Origin: Chiloscyllium plagiosum
Lineage: Eukaryota
Assembly (NCBI RefSeq): GCF_004010195.1
Contig: NC_057756.1
Span: forward strand, 7,550,443 to 7,605,109
DNA length: 54,667 nt
Direction: 5' to 3'
Shown in pieces: positions 37,365 to 48,206 of this stretch (positions are counted from its first letter, which is position 1; the number at the start of each line of letters is the position of its first letter). A program made the translations under genes and the position numbers. The notes beneath the pieces were generated by a model that worked only from the letters and a program-made list of their open reading frames with translations, did not search any database and was not told the DNA's origin.

Positions 37365-38170
37365 GTTGAAGCCCAACGAGATCTCAAACAGGCACTACAA
37401 CTGGAAAATGTGGCAAGTGGACCATTTGAGTTCCAGGGTTTTCTGACGGAAGTGGACACCCTCAGCAGCCGATTGAGCTTGGGGAACACCACTTGAGTGA
37501 AGGTATTTGCATAGCGTCACTCAGGAGATATCCTGAACAGAGGGTCACCAGGTCAGCCCACAGCAAATCCCTGAAATAATGCAAAGACCTGATTGAATTG
37601 TTTACATTTTCTCAAGGAGCTGGGCCAGCAGGCCATTGTAGTTGCTGCCAGTTAGTGGACTCGAGACAGCAAAAGATTCCCGCTCTGATGGATTAAACAA
37701 CAGAGCTCATGGGCTGGTGTACAGGACAGTGCACACCCTGGGAAGTCCACTTACAGCTGGTAGAGAAACATTGAATTGCTCAACAACAACCAAATCAGAA
37801 CCAAACAAAGTAAACTTCCTGTTTAATGGTCACCGGTTCTCAGGGAGATGGCTGAATCAGTGATTGCAAAACCAGTCTTGAACAAAATTCACTCTGGAAG
37901 GTTTAAGTGCTGTCATACGGATGTAGGTCACGTCACATGTTGACCTGGAAACAATTCCACGATTCTGCAAGGCCCACCAGTGCCATTTGCCTTATGGGCA
38001 AAAGGAGAGGCAGAAATCAGAAGGTGGGAAAGTGAAGGAATACCAAGCCAGGTGCAGTTTGAAGAATGGGCAGCACTAGGCTTACTTATTGTGAATCCCA
38101 AAGGGTTATACCGCCTTTATGGAGGATGTTGAGCAATTGGTAAACTGCCTTTCATGGCTGGATACACACC
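37365..38170 (+). mobile_element. Degenerate Ty3/Gypsy remnant (unit 3)
   Basis: Homolog of 1130-2190. Confidence 0.7.
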
Positions 38171-39089
38171 CTTCATGAATCCATGATGACTCTCTCTGAT
38201 TAACTGACATTTGTTTTGAGGTGATTGTTACCCTGTCCTTTATTACAGATTCTAACAACTTCCCCATCACAGGTGTCAGGCTGACTCATCTGTAATCCTC
38301 TGGTTTCTCGATTTCCCTTTTCAAAGAGTGAAGCAAAATGAGCAGATTTCTGATCCAGAGGTAAAACCCTTGAGTTCAGGGAATTATGAAAGATTATAAT
38401 GAGGGCATCTGCAAAATATTCTCTGACCTACTTTAACATCAGTAGATGGAAGCCATCAGGTCCTGATTATTTGCCACACTTCAGTTCCATTCATTTCCCC
38501 ATTACTGATGATTTATTGTTGCTAATTTTATTTGGACCTTGCCCTGATCCTCTGTTAATTTCTGTGTAACTTCCAGCAACCGACCTTCCTTGTCTGCTCT
38601 CAATACAGAAACAAACTACTCATTTAGCATGTCTGCTATTTCAACACGGTCATTGACGATATCCCCACTCTCAGCCTTCAGTGGGGGCCAGCAGTACTCC
38701 AAGCAGCTGCATTCCCTTTCTATAACCAGAAAATCATTTCTTACTGTCTTTTACATTCCATGAATGTTTCCTTTCATAATCCTTTTCAGCTGTCCTGATA
38801 AGTTGCTTTGTGGGCCCCTATATCAAGCCTTATCTTTGTCCCTTTCTATGGCATCTGTTCTTTGTGTTTTTATAAGAACTTTCTTTTCATTTTATGCTGC
38901 TACTGACTTCCTTGGATCTGATGGGGTGACTGCACTGTAGAATGGTAGAACAGTTGGTAAACAGACAAATGATGAATGATAATGTTCTTTCTAAATATTA
39001 ATTGCAATTCTCCCACTTTTAGTACTTGCTTCACACAACATGTTATCTTTGAAAAACGTTACAATTCTGCATTTTATTTTAATTATTCT

Positions 39090-40505
39090 TTTACCAGGAT
39101 GTTGCCTCGGCTGGAACTTCTCAGTTATTGAGAGAGAGATTGGGCATAGTTCAGTTGTTTTCTTTAGAGTAGAGGAGATTTAGAGAGGATAAGCAAAATG
39201 TAAAATTCTAAGTGTCGCACACTTAGAGTAGGCAGGAATGAACATTTTCCCGTCTTGGTGGGATCTATGAAAAGGAACATAGATTAACGGTAAGGGGCAC
39301 AGGTTATAGAGGAGATGTGAGGAAAAGACTTTTTCACATTGAGGTGAGATGGAATATATAAGGATGTTACCAAGACTCGACAGCTTGAGTTATAAGGAGA
39401 GGCTGGGTAGAGTCAGAGTCAGAGTCATACAGCATGGAAACATGGAGCATTTTGTCCCTGTAGTATAGGAGGCTGAGGAGTGACCCTGTACAGATTCATA
39501 AAATCATAAGTGACATGCATAAGTTGAATAGGCAAGGTCTTCTCCCCAGGGTACAGCGTGATCAAAACTAGAGGGTATAGGTTTAAGGTGCGATAGGAAA
39601 GTTTTAAAAGGCACCTGAAGGTTAATTTCTTTTTCATGCAGAGGGTAGTGTGCATATGGAATGAGCTGTCAGAGGAAGAGGTGGAGGTGGTACAATTACA
39701 ACATGTGAAAGGCACTTGGATGAGTATACGTATCGGAAGAGTTTAGGGGGATGCTGGCAAATGGGAGTAGATAACCTGGTTGGCATGGACAGGTTAGACC
39801 AAAGGGTCTGTGTCTATGCTGTTGAGTTCCATGACTCTATGAACAGGAAACTGCTGATGTGACCCCCCAACTCAAAATGAGAGACAGGGAACTATAGTTA
39901 CATTAGCTTAACCTCTCTTTTGAGGAAAATGCTGGATTCTGTTATAAAAGGTGAAATCAGAATATTTTGAAACATGTGATATCATCAAGCAGAGTGAGCA
40001 TTGGTTCATGACAGGGAACTGAAAATGAGGAAGCAACAAGCAGGGTAGATGAAGGGGGTCAAGTAGTTGTAAAGTATTAGAATTTCAACAAGGTGTCACA
40101 CATCAGGTTACTTTGTAGGATAGGAACAAATGGCATAAGGTGCACAACATGATCATGGATAGAGGATTTGCTCATTGGAAATAGCTCGTTGGTATATATG
40201 ATCATTCAGGCCACAAATATTAACAACATATTTTAGTGATGTGGATGACGAAAATGAGTGTTCTATCATCATTTTATGGATGATGTACACATAGGTGAGA
40301 AGGTAAGGGATAAGGATGTCTCAGGGTGTCCACAAAGTAGCACGGACGGGTTAAGCCATTTGGAAAAAAAAACTTGACTGAAAAAATGTAAAGTGCGAAA
40401 ATCTTGTCAGGAAGAATAGGAGAGTTGAAAATAATTTAAAATAGGGAAAGTTCGTCGAAATCTTCAATAGAGAGAAACTTGTCAGTTGGTCGAGTGCATG
40501 AATCA
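39090..40505 (+). mobile_element. Stacked CR1/HER1 LINE fragments (unit 3)
   Basis: Homolog of 18820-20330. Confidence 0.7.
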
Positions 40506-40514
40506 CAAAAAGGT

Positions 40515-40890
40515 GTCATGGAGATGTACAACACAGAAACAGACCCTTTGGTTCAACTTGTCCATGCCAAGCAGATATCCTACATTAATCTAGTCCCATT
40601 TGTGAACACTTAACCCATATCCCTCTGAACTCTTCCTATTCATATACGCTCCAAGATGCCTTTTAAATTTTGCAAATGTAACAGATTCCGCCATTTCCAC
40701 TGGTAACTCATTCCATACAGGCACTAACATCGGTGTGAGAAAGTTGCCCCTTAGGTCCCTTTTAAATCTTTCCCCTCTCACCTTAAACCTACGCCCTCTA
40801 CGTCTGTACTCCACTACATTGGGAAAAGACCTTGTCTATTTCCCCTGTCTATGTCACTCATGGTTTTATAAACCTCTATAAGATCATCCA
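40515..40890 (-). mobile_element. HER1/CR1 LINE 3' end
   Basis: Minus ORF RFKVRGERFKRDLRGNF..VWNELP. Confidence 0.85.
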
Positions 40891-41359
40891 AATCAACAAG
40901 TAACAGCAATGCTGGCTTTCATTCTAAAGAAAGCGGAACATAAAAACAGTGAGTAGTTGCTAAATCTAAAGACAGCACTGGTCAGACCGTCCTGAAATAC
41001 TGTGATCATTTCTGGTCCCCTCATCTAAGGCAAGATATTGGAGGCAGTTCAGAACAGATTCTTTCATTTGATTCCAGGTTATGGACGAATTTTCATTGGT
41101 GGAAAGGTTGTACAGAATTGGCTTCGAATCACTGAATTTTTGGAAAATATGAGGAGTCTGGATGTCTTTGTGTTATGGGGTTTAATTTATTAATAATGAC
41201 AACTAACTGGAGGTAAATCTAACCTGAAATCCATATGTTGAAAGAAGTCTGACTTTGATAGGATGAGTCAAGACTTGACCATAATGAAATGAAATTCTTG
41301 ATTCAAGTAGCAAACTTTTAGGTGCACCTTGGATAGCATCCAATCCAGATGGATCACAA

Positions 41360-41765
41360 TTTGGTAAGACAACTACTCTACTTAAGACCGCAAGAAATTT
41401 GAGAAAGTTATGAACACTACCTAATTCATCTCAAAACCAGCCTTCCTTCCATTGACTCTGTCTATATTTCCCACTGCCTCAGGGAAGCAGCCAAGATCAT
41501 CAAAGACCCCGACCACCTCGGTTAAATTCTCTTCCACTCTCTTCCATTGGGCAGAAGATACAACAGTTTGAAAACAAGTACCAACAGACTGAAGAACAGC
41601 TTCTTCCCTGCTGTTATCAGACTAATGAATTGGTCTCCTTTCCTCCATTACAGACATTAACACCACAGGGTGCATCCGCAAGGCTAACAGCATTCAGTCT
41701 CTCACAGTCAGACACTGCAACAGTTTCTTCCCACAAGCCATTAGGCTCCTTAACACTGTATAATC
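41360..41765 (+). mobile_element. Rex1/Babar-like LINE 3' fragments
   Basis: Two NSFFP-encoding segments. Confidence 0.65.
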
Positions 41766-42007
41766 ATACTGTATTCCATTTGTAGTTTTTGGATAATTTT
41801 TTGAATTGCTGCTAAAACAATGATTTATTAATGATCATTCATTGTTACACTGTTACAGTGTTACATAAGGCTGGAATCTTTGCGATACTGGTCAGTTCTA
41901 TTGCAATGGAAAAATTTTCATAATATCCAATGCCATAGTTCATTGGATGGTGGTGGTGATGATAATACAATGTGACAAAAACAACGTTAAATGATATATT
42001 TCAAAAT

Positions 42008-42180
42008 CCAAAGATGTGCAGATTAGGTGAATTTGCTATGCTAAATTGTTAGGTGCATTAGTCAGGGATAAATGTAGGGTTGGGGAGTGGGTCTGGGTGA
42101 GTTGCTTTTCGGAGGGTCGGTGTGGACTTGTTGGGTCAAAGGACCTGTTTCCATACTGTAGGTAATCTAATCTAATCTAA
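42008..42180 (+). mobile_element. HE1-like SINE 3' half
   Basis: ccaaagatgtgcag...gtttccatactgtag followed by (TAATC)3. Confidence 0.75.
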
Positions 42181-43378
42181 AAAAACTGAAATGTCTTACA
42201 TGAAAACATACAAATTATAAGCATGTGATAGGACAGGCTAAGAGGAAAACTGGACGTGCACAGACAGTCAAATGCCTTGGCAGTTAATTTGAAAGGGAAT
42301 CCAAAAATTCTTTCATGATATCAAGATAGTGGGGATGCAATAGGAAGCATTATAGGCTCACTGAGGGTCAAAGTGTGAGATTTATTCTCAGAAAGTCAGG
42401 AACAGTATAGAACTGTGAGGATTACTTTACGATCATGTTTACTAATGAAGGGATGCTGATAATATCGATAGAAGTGGAGACAGCAAATTTAATGTGGTGT
42501 GAAATTTGTTTGAAAGGAGGCTTCGAGTGGAATTAATTCTGACTCAATTGGGATTACAGCTTTGAAAGGGAGCAAAGTTGTTATCTTCATTCAGATTCTA
42601 GAAAAAGGAAAATTTACCAAAGGACTTGGGAGCAGTAAATTTGATGAGCTTAGCTCAGAACAAACAGAGAGATTTTAAATGGCAGTTTAAAATTTCCAGG
42701 ATTCTAGTGTAGCTATTTTTAAATGACTGATGGACAAACAGCACGCATTGGATGAAAACATTAAAACAAATGTCCTTGGGTTAATTGATTTTGAGGTAAT
42801 TGTAAATACAAGAAGACTGTTCTCAATGATTGGTCCATCCAGAACCACGGTTTACAGGATAAGAAATAAATCTTTGAGTGCAAAAATAGCACAAAAACCT
42901 CTTCATCCACAGCGTGGTGATCCCATGGAATTCTCTGCCATAGCATTGAATATTTTCAAGAAAGCAATCTTTATTTTTGGATAAAGGGATTAAAGGATGT
43001 CAGGAGAAAGCTGGGAGCAGGGGCCTATGTTGGATGATAGGCCATCATTAGTGTTGGGGGGTGAAGTAGGTTTGAAGGACCGAATGGGCTCACCCTACTC
43101 GTATATTCTATGTCTCTGTGTTTGATTGAGATGCCTCCTTGGAAGCAGCAGCACCTTATTAGCTTGAGCTGCTGTATTATTTGGTTGTTCAATTCAGGTC
43201 GCTGGACCTGTCAAACACAAGTACTGATTACAGTCTCTGAAGGAGTTTGGGAGGCTGTATTGATTTATGAACCTGAGGGACAACCTTTCCATGCAGAAGG
43301 TGGTGCATGTATGGAACGAGCTTACAGATGAGGAGATAGAGACTGGTTCAATTATAGCATTGAAAAGGCACCTGGATA

Positions 43379-43682
43379 GGCACGGTGGCACAGTGGTTAG
43401 CACGGCTGCCTCACAGCGCCAGAGACCCGGGTTCACTTCCCGCCTCAGGCGACTGACTGTGTGGAGTTTGCATGCTCTCCCCGTGTCTGCGTGGGTTTCC
43501 TCCGGTTTCCTCCCACAGTCCAAAGATGTGCAGGTCAGGTGAATTGGCCATGCTAAATTGCCCGTAGTGTTAGGTAAGGGGTACATGTAGGGGTATGGGT
43601 GGGTTGCGCTTCGGCGGGGCGGTGTGGACTTGTTGGGCCAAAGGGCCTGTTTCCACACTGTAAGTAATCTAATCTAATCTAA
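43379..43682 (+). mobile_element. Young HE1 SINE inserted in the HER1 remnant upstream of GPCR copy 3
   Basis: GGCACGGTGGCACAGTGGTTAGC head, core, (TAATC)n tail; splits the LINE piece at 43265-43812. Confidence 0.92.
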
Positions 43683-43995
43683 ACAGAAATGATTTAGAGG
43701 GATATGGGCAAACTGCTGGCAAATGGGACCAAGTCAGATTGGAATGTCTGGCCAGCGCGGACACATTTAACCTAGGGTCTGTTTCCATGCTGTATAACTC
43801 TATGATTCTATGATTTCTGCAATTCATTTCTCACAGGGATTGTTCTACCAATGAGTCATGAAAGCTGTAAGCCGTCTCTTTGATATTTTCTTATGAAGTC
43901 AGAACTAAATAATTTGAATGCAACAAGGATTTAATATCTCGGTGGTGACATATTTTCCCTAACAGAGATAAAAATAGCAATGATGCAACTTTAAC

Positions 43996-44025
43996 ATTTC
44001 CTTGGGAATCCGAAAGAGAATAAAA
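43996..44025 (+). promoter_or_regulatory. Degenerate promoter of copy 3: O/E-like site, TATA mutated
   Basis: ATTTCCTTGGGAAT at 43996-44009; AATAAAA at 44019-44025 where the paralogs have TATAAA. Confidence 0.4.
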
Positions 44026-44104
44026 TAGTTTCTGAACATAGTAATACAGTGTTCAATTCAAAGGTTTTGGCTTCATCACCCGGGGCAGAACCTTCATACA
44101 CAAA

Positions 44105-44171
44105 ATGCTGCAGTTGTTCACCATTGTTGATAAAGTATATTACATCACTATTGCTGTTATTGGCATCCCTG
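44105..44171 (+). pseudogene. GPR139/GPR142-like GPCR copy 3, exon 1 (intact exon of a probable pseudogene)
   Basis: MLQLFTIVDKVYYITIAVIGIP followed by G|gtaagt. Confidence 0.85.
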
Positions 44172-44194
44172 GTAAGTTTCTTTTTAAAATATTG

Positions 44195-44525
44195 ATTCAT
44201 GGGATGTGGGCATCGCTGGCTAGGCCAGCATTGATGGCTCAGAGGGAAGTTTAAGTGTCAACAACTTTGCTGTGCGTCTGGAATCATATGTCAGCGCGAC
44301 CAGGTCAGGATCACAATTTAATTCCCGAAAGGAATTTAGTGAAGCAATTGGATTTTTCCAACAATCTACATTTGATTTACCATTATCATTAAATTCCTTA
44401 TTCCAGATTTTTGTCTTCATTGAATTCAAATTCCACCATCTGCCCTGGGGATTCAAACCTGGATCCCCAGTACATTGCCGGGGTCTCTGGATTAACAGTC
44501 CAGTGATAATGCCACAAGGCCATTC
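44195..44525 (-). mobile_element. tRNA-derived SINE in intron 1
   Basis: Homolog of 5361-5695. Confidence 0.6.
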
Positions 44526-45649
44526 CCATTCCTGAACAGAACTTTGAAAGTTCAGTGGAAGGCCATGCCACCGCGCTCATATTTTGCTCGAAGTATTTGC
44601 CATTTGGGTCAGTCAGCACTGCCATCATCGGGTGTGCATTATCAGGGTTGTTGTAAATTTTGTTCGGGACTCAATAATACGAGAATCCCTGTGAGCAGTA
44701 GATTACAGAGATCATAGACTCATAGAATTATACAGCAGGGAAACACAGCCTCTGGACAAATCAGATACGAAGACGGTCGCAGGGTAAGACACTCCAGTCG
44801 GAGCTCCTGTCTCTCCCGTTCCTTTTCCTTTCTTTTAATTTTCTCCACTTTGCAGTTTTTGTTTCTTCATCCACCCTCCCCGAATCTTTCACCTACCCCG
44901 ACCTGAGGAATGGAGATGATTCTCGACCAGAGTCAGGGTGGGAGCTGAGCACACGGGCCGTGTCCCACAGAGGCAGCAGAGCGAGACCCCCACGGACTGA
45001 ATTCCCGAGTTATGGGAGCAGGGAAATCCCATGTTCCAGAGTGGCACGGGATGAAGTGTGACTGACCTTGTTGCTGCTAAGTGCCAGTGAGGGAGTAGTC
45101 TGGAGGCTGGAGCGATGGCAGACACTTGTTGAACTTGGGCCCTGGCCCCATGTGTTGAGCTGCTGCTGTTGTAATTCTTTACCTGGCTGGACTGTAAATT
45201 ACTATCTCATTCCTAACTCATTCTCAGACACTATCAGTACTGTTACTGCTTTCCTCATGATGCTGTTTTGTATAGCTGCACTATTTTTTTTAACCCTGTA
45301 AGATTTGTACTGGTACCTAAGATGGCACTATTAAAAGGCAGCCATTGTAAATGATTTCCACTGTACTCCTGTACTGAAGGACAAGGGACAACAAATGACC
45401 TTCAATGTCGATCATTACGATGTGCTGGTGATGAGCAAGGAAGTCTTTTCTTGCGAAACAAATCTAATGCCCCTTTTTGTGTTGAACAATTAAGGTTTTT
45501 CTTTCAAAGAATAGTTTACAGGAAGAAGCGCTGAGATTTCCTAATCCCAACGAGCTTCATGAATGGAAAGCAGTGATAACCGTTCACTAACATATGGCCA
45601 GTACTAAGTATGTTTTTCCAGTCTTCAACACAATTAGTGATTCGAAATG

Positions 45650-46410
45650 TAGCTTCCAGAAATTGAGACAAATGTGAGGTGCTAAATTTCAGAAAGGCAA
45701 ATCAGTGAAGGGCTTGGACACTTAATGGTAGGGTCCTGGGGACTGGTGCCAAGCAAACAGACCTTGGAATGCAGGTTCACAGTTCCTTGAAAGTGAGTTG
45801 GCAGATACGCAGAATGGTAAAGAAGGTATTTTGTACACTTGCCTTTACTGGGTAGTGCTTTGAGTATCAGAGTTGGGATGTCAGGATGTGGCTGTACAGG
45901 ACATTAGTTAGGCCACTTCTGGAAAACTGCCTTCATTTCCAGTCTCCCTGTAATAGGAAAGATGCTGTCAAATTTTAAAGTGATTAGAAAAGATTTACAA
46001 GGATGTCGTCGGAGATGGAAAGTCTAAACCATATGGAGAGGCTGGATAGGCTGGGGCTGTGTTCCCTGGAGCCTTAAAGGCTGAGGGACATGGATAGAGT
46101 AAATACTAAAGGTCTTCTCCCTAGGATAAGGGATCCCAAAACTAGAGGGCATTGGTTCAAGGTGAGAGGGGAAAGATTTAAAAGGGAGCTAAGAGGCAGC
46201 TTTTCCAAGCAGAGGGTGAAGTGTGTATGGAATGAGCTGCCAGAGGAAGTGGTGGAGGCTGGTACAATTACAACACTAAAAGGCATCTGGATGGGTATAT
46301 GAAAAGGAAGGGTTTAGAAGGATATTGGCTCAATACTGGCAAATGGGACTAGATTAATTTCGGATACCTGGTCAGCATGGATGAGTGGTCTGAAGGGTCT
46401 ATTTCTGAGC
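45650..46410 (+). mobile_element. HER1/CR1 LINE 3' portion in intron 1
   Basis: ORF 46090 KTRGHWFKVRGERFKRELRG..VWNELPEEVVEAG. Confidence 0.85.
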
Positions 46411-47294
46411 TGGGCTCTAAGTGATTGAAAACAATTGTTGAGGTACAGCATAGATAGCTGGCTGTCTTCACGGAGGGAGGAAACCAATTACAAGAATGAG
46501 TTCTAATATATACTTTCTCACATGAAAGAACTCTTCGTTTTGTATTTTCCTTTGTTGAACTGCAGGATCAATTGACAGCACCGGTTGGTTATCTTGATGT
46601 TCATTGATGGCTTTATTTATCTTACAGCACATTTCAGGTTCTCAATGGTTATCACCTGTCTGTCATGTCTTCAATCCCTAACTCATGATCCACTTGCTGA
46701 TATGGTGTGGATATGTTCTCCTATCATGTGTGCCGCTGTTCCCATATTCTTCCAGAATAATGTTTAAGAATGTGTCTGTCCTGTAAGGTGGGATTATGTA
46801 ATGTAATGGTGTCAAATACATGATTCGGGTCAGTTTATTTTTAATATGATATCATTCTATGTCAGCTTGCATTGTGACCGTGCTAAAATGAGGCCTTACA
46901 ACATTTAAATCCTTAGCTAGGTGATCAACTTGGATAATTGTTGGGAACACAGAAGAAAATGGACAGGTTACAACACTCCTCATTTTTTTTTGTTTCCATT
47001 AACAGAATAATGTCAGTGAAGCCAATAGAACATGTTCAGTCTGATTCTATATGCAACAGTAACATACAGAACTGAACATTTTCCACCTCCAAAGCAACTT
47101 TGCAGTTTTTAATGTTCAACACCACACACCCATTCCCTTTGTTCATTCGGTACAGATTAATGTGGGATGGAATCAGGATTAAAATTCTTTTTACCTTTTG
47201 ATATTCTTCCTGACTCCCCTAATGTCATCTTGTCTCAAATGGAAGGCTTTTTGAACTACAATTTCTAAACTAATTTCACTTCTCCCTCTTACAG

Positions 47295-48206
47295 TTAATG
47301 CACTGGCAATTGCGATTCTGTCCCAAGGAAAATGCGGCCTCTCCAGATGCACTACTCATTACCTGGTGGCTATGGCAACAGCGGACCTGATGGTCATCAT
47401 CACTGATGTTATATTGTATCAACTGAATCACTACTTTTACCAAGGATCATTCCTGCACCTCACACCTGCATGCATTGGGATTCAGTTCCTGCTTTTAATG
47501 AGTTCAGACTGTTCTGTCTGGTTCACTGTCACTTTCTCCGCTCATCGGTTTGTGACCATTTGTTGCCGGAAACTGAAACTGAAATATTGCACAGTGAAAA
47601 CAGCAGCTGTTATTCTTTCAACAACCTTCACTCTTTCCTTTTGAAAGAATGTTCCCATTTTCATTACACGGGAACCTCTGACTGTAGTTGACAATGTGCA
47701 CTGGTCTTGTCAAATGAAGGCCTGCTATTTTACTGAACTTGGGTGGGTGATATATGACTGGTTTGGTAAAGTGTTAACACCATTACTCCCATTCAGTTTA
47801 GTTTTGCTCTTCAATGCTTTGACAGTCAGATATGTTTTAGTGGTGAATCGGATCCGTAAAGGATTGAGGAGTCAGAACACGGAAGAGAAGCGCAGTGATC
47901 CTGAGATGGAGAGCAGAAGGAAGTCAATGATTTTACTGTTCACCATATCGAGTAGCTTCATATTGTTGTGGTCACCCTATGTAATAAATTTCTTATATTA
48001 TCGAATTGCAGCAATTGATCCCAAATCTTATAATGACAGTTTGCATATATTTGAAAGAATTGGATATGTGCTGCTGAGCTTGAGTTGCTGCACAAATACG
48101 TTTATTTATGGAGTAACTCAGTCGAAGTTCAGGGAACAGTTCATTAATGCTGTAAAATACCCACCTGATTTCAATCAGCAGAGTCTTTACTTTCAGAATG
48201 AATTGA
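47295..48206 (+). pseudogene. GPR139/GPR142-like GPCR copy 3, exon 2, disrupted
   Basis: Acceptor intact; in-frame TGA at 47642-47644; DRF->HRF; +1 insertion near 48164 bypasses the ancestral stop at 48204-48206 (frame runs to 48271). Confidence 0.85.

Noticed and set aside
43379..43450. tRNA-like sequences (also about 22325-22396 and 20556-20625)
   Set aside because: They are SINE heads followed by the HE1 core and tail, not tRNA genes
47642..47644. TGA as selenocysteine or programmed readthrough
   Set aside because: Aligns to Leu rather than Cys, lacks the CTAG readthrough context, no SECIS recognised, and other lesions co-occur
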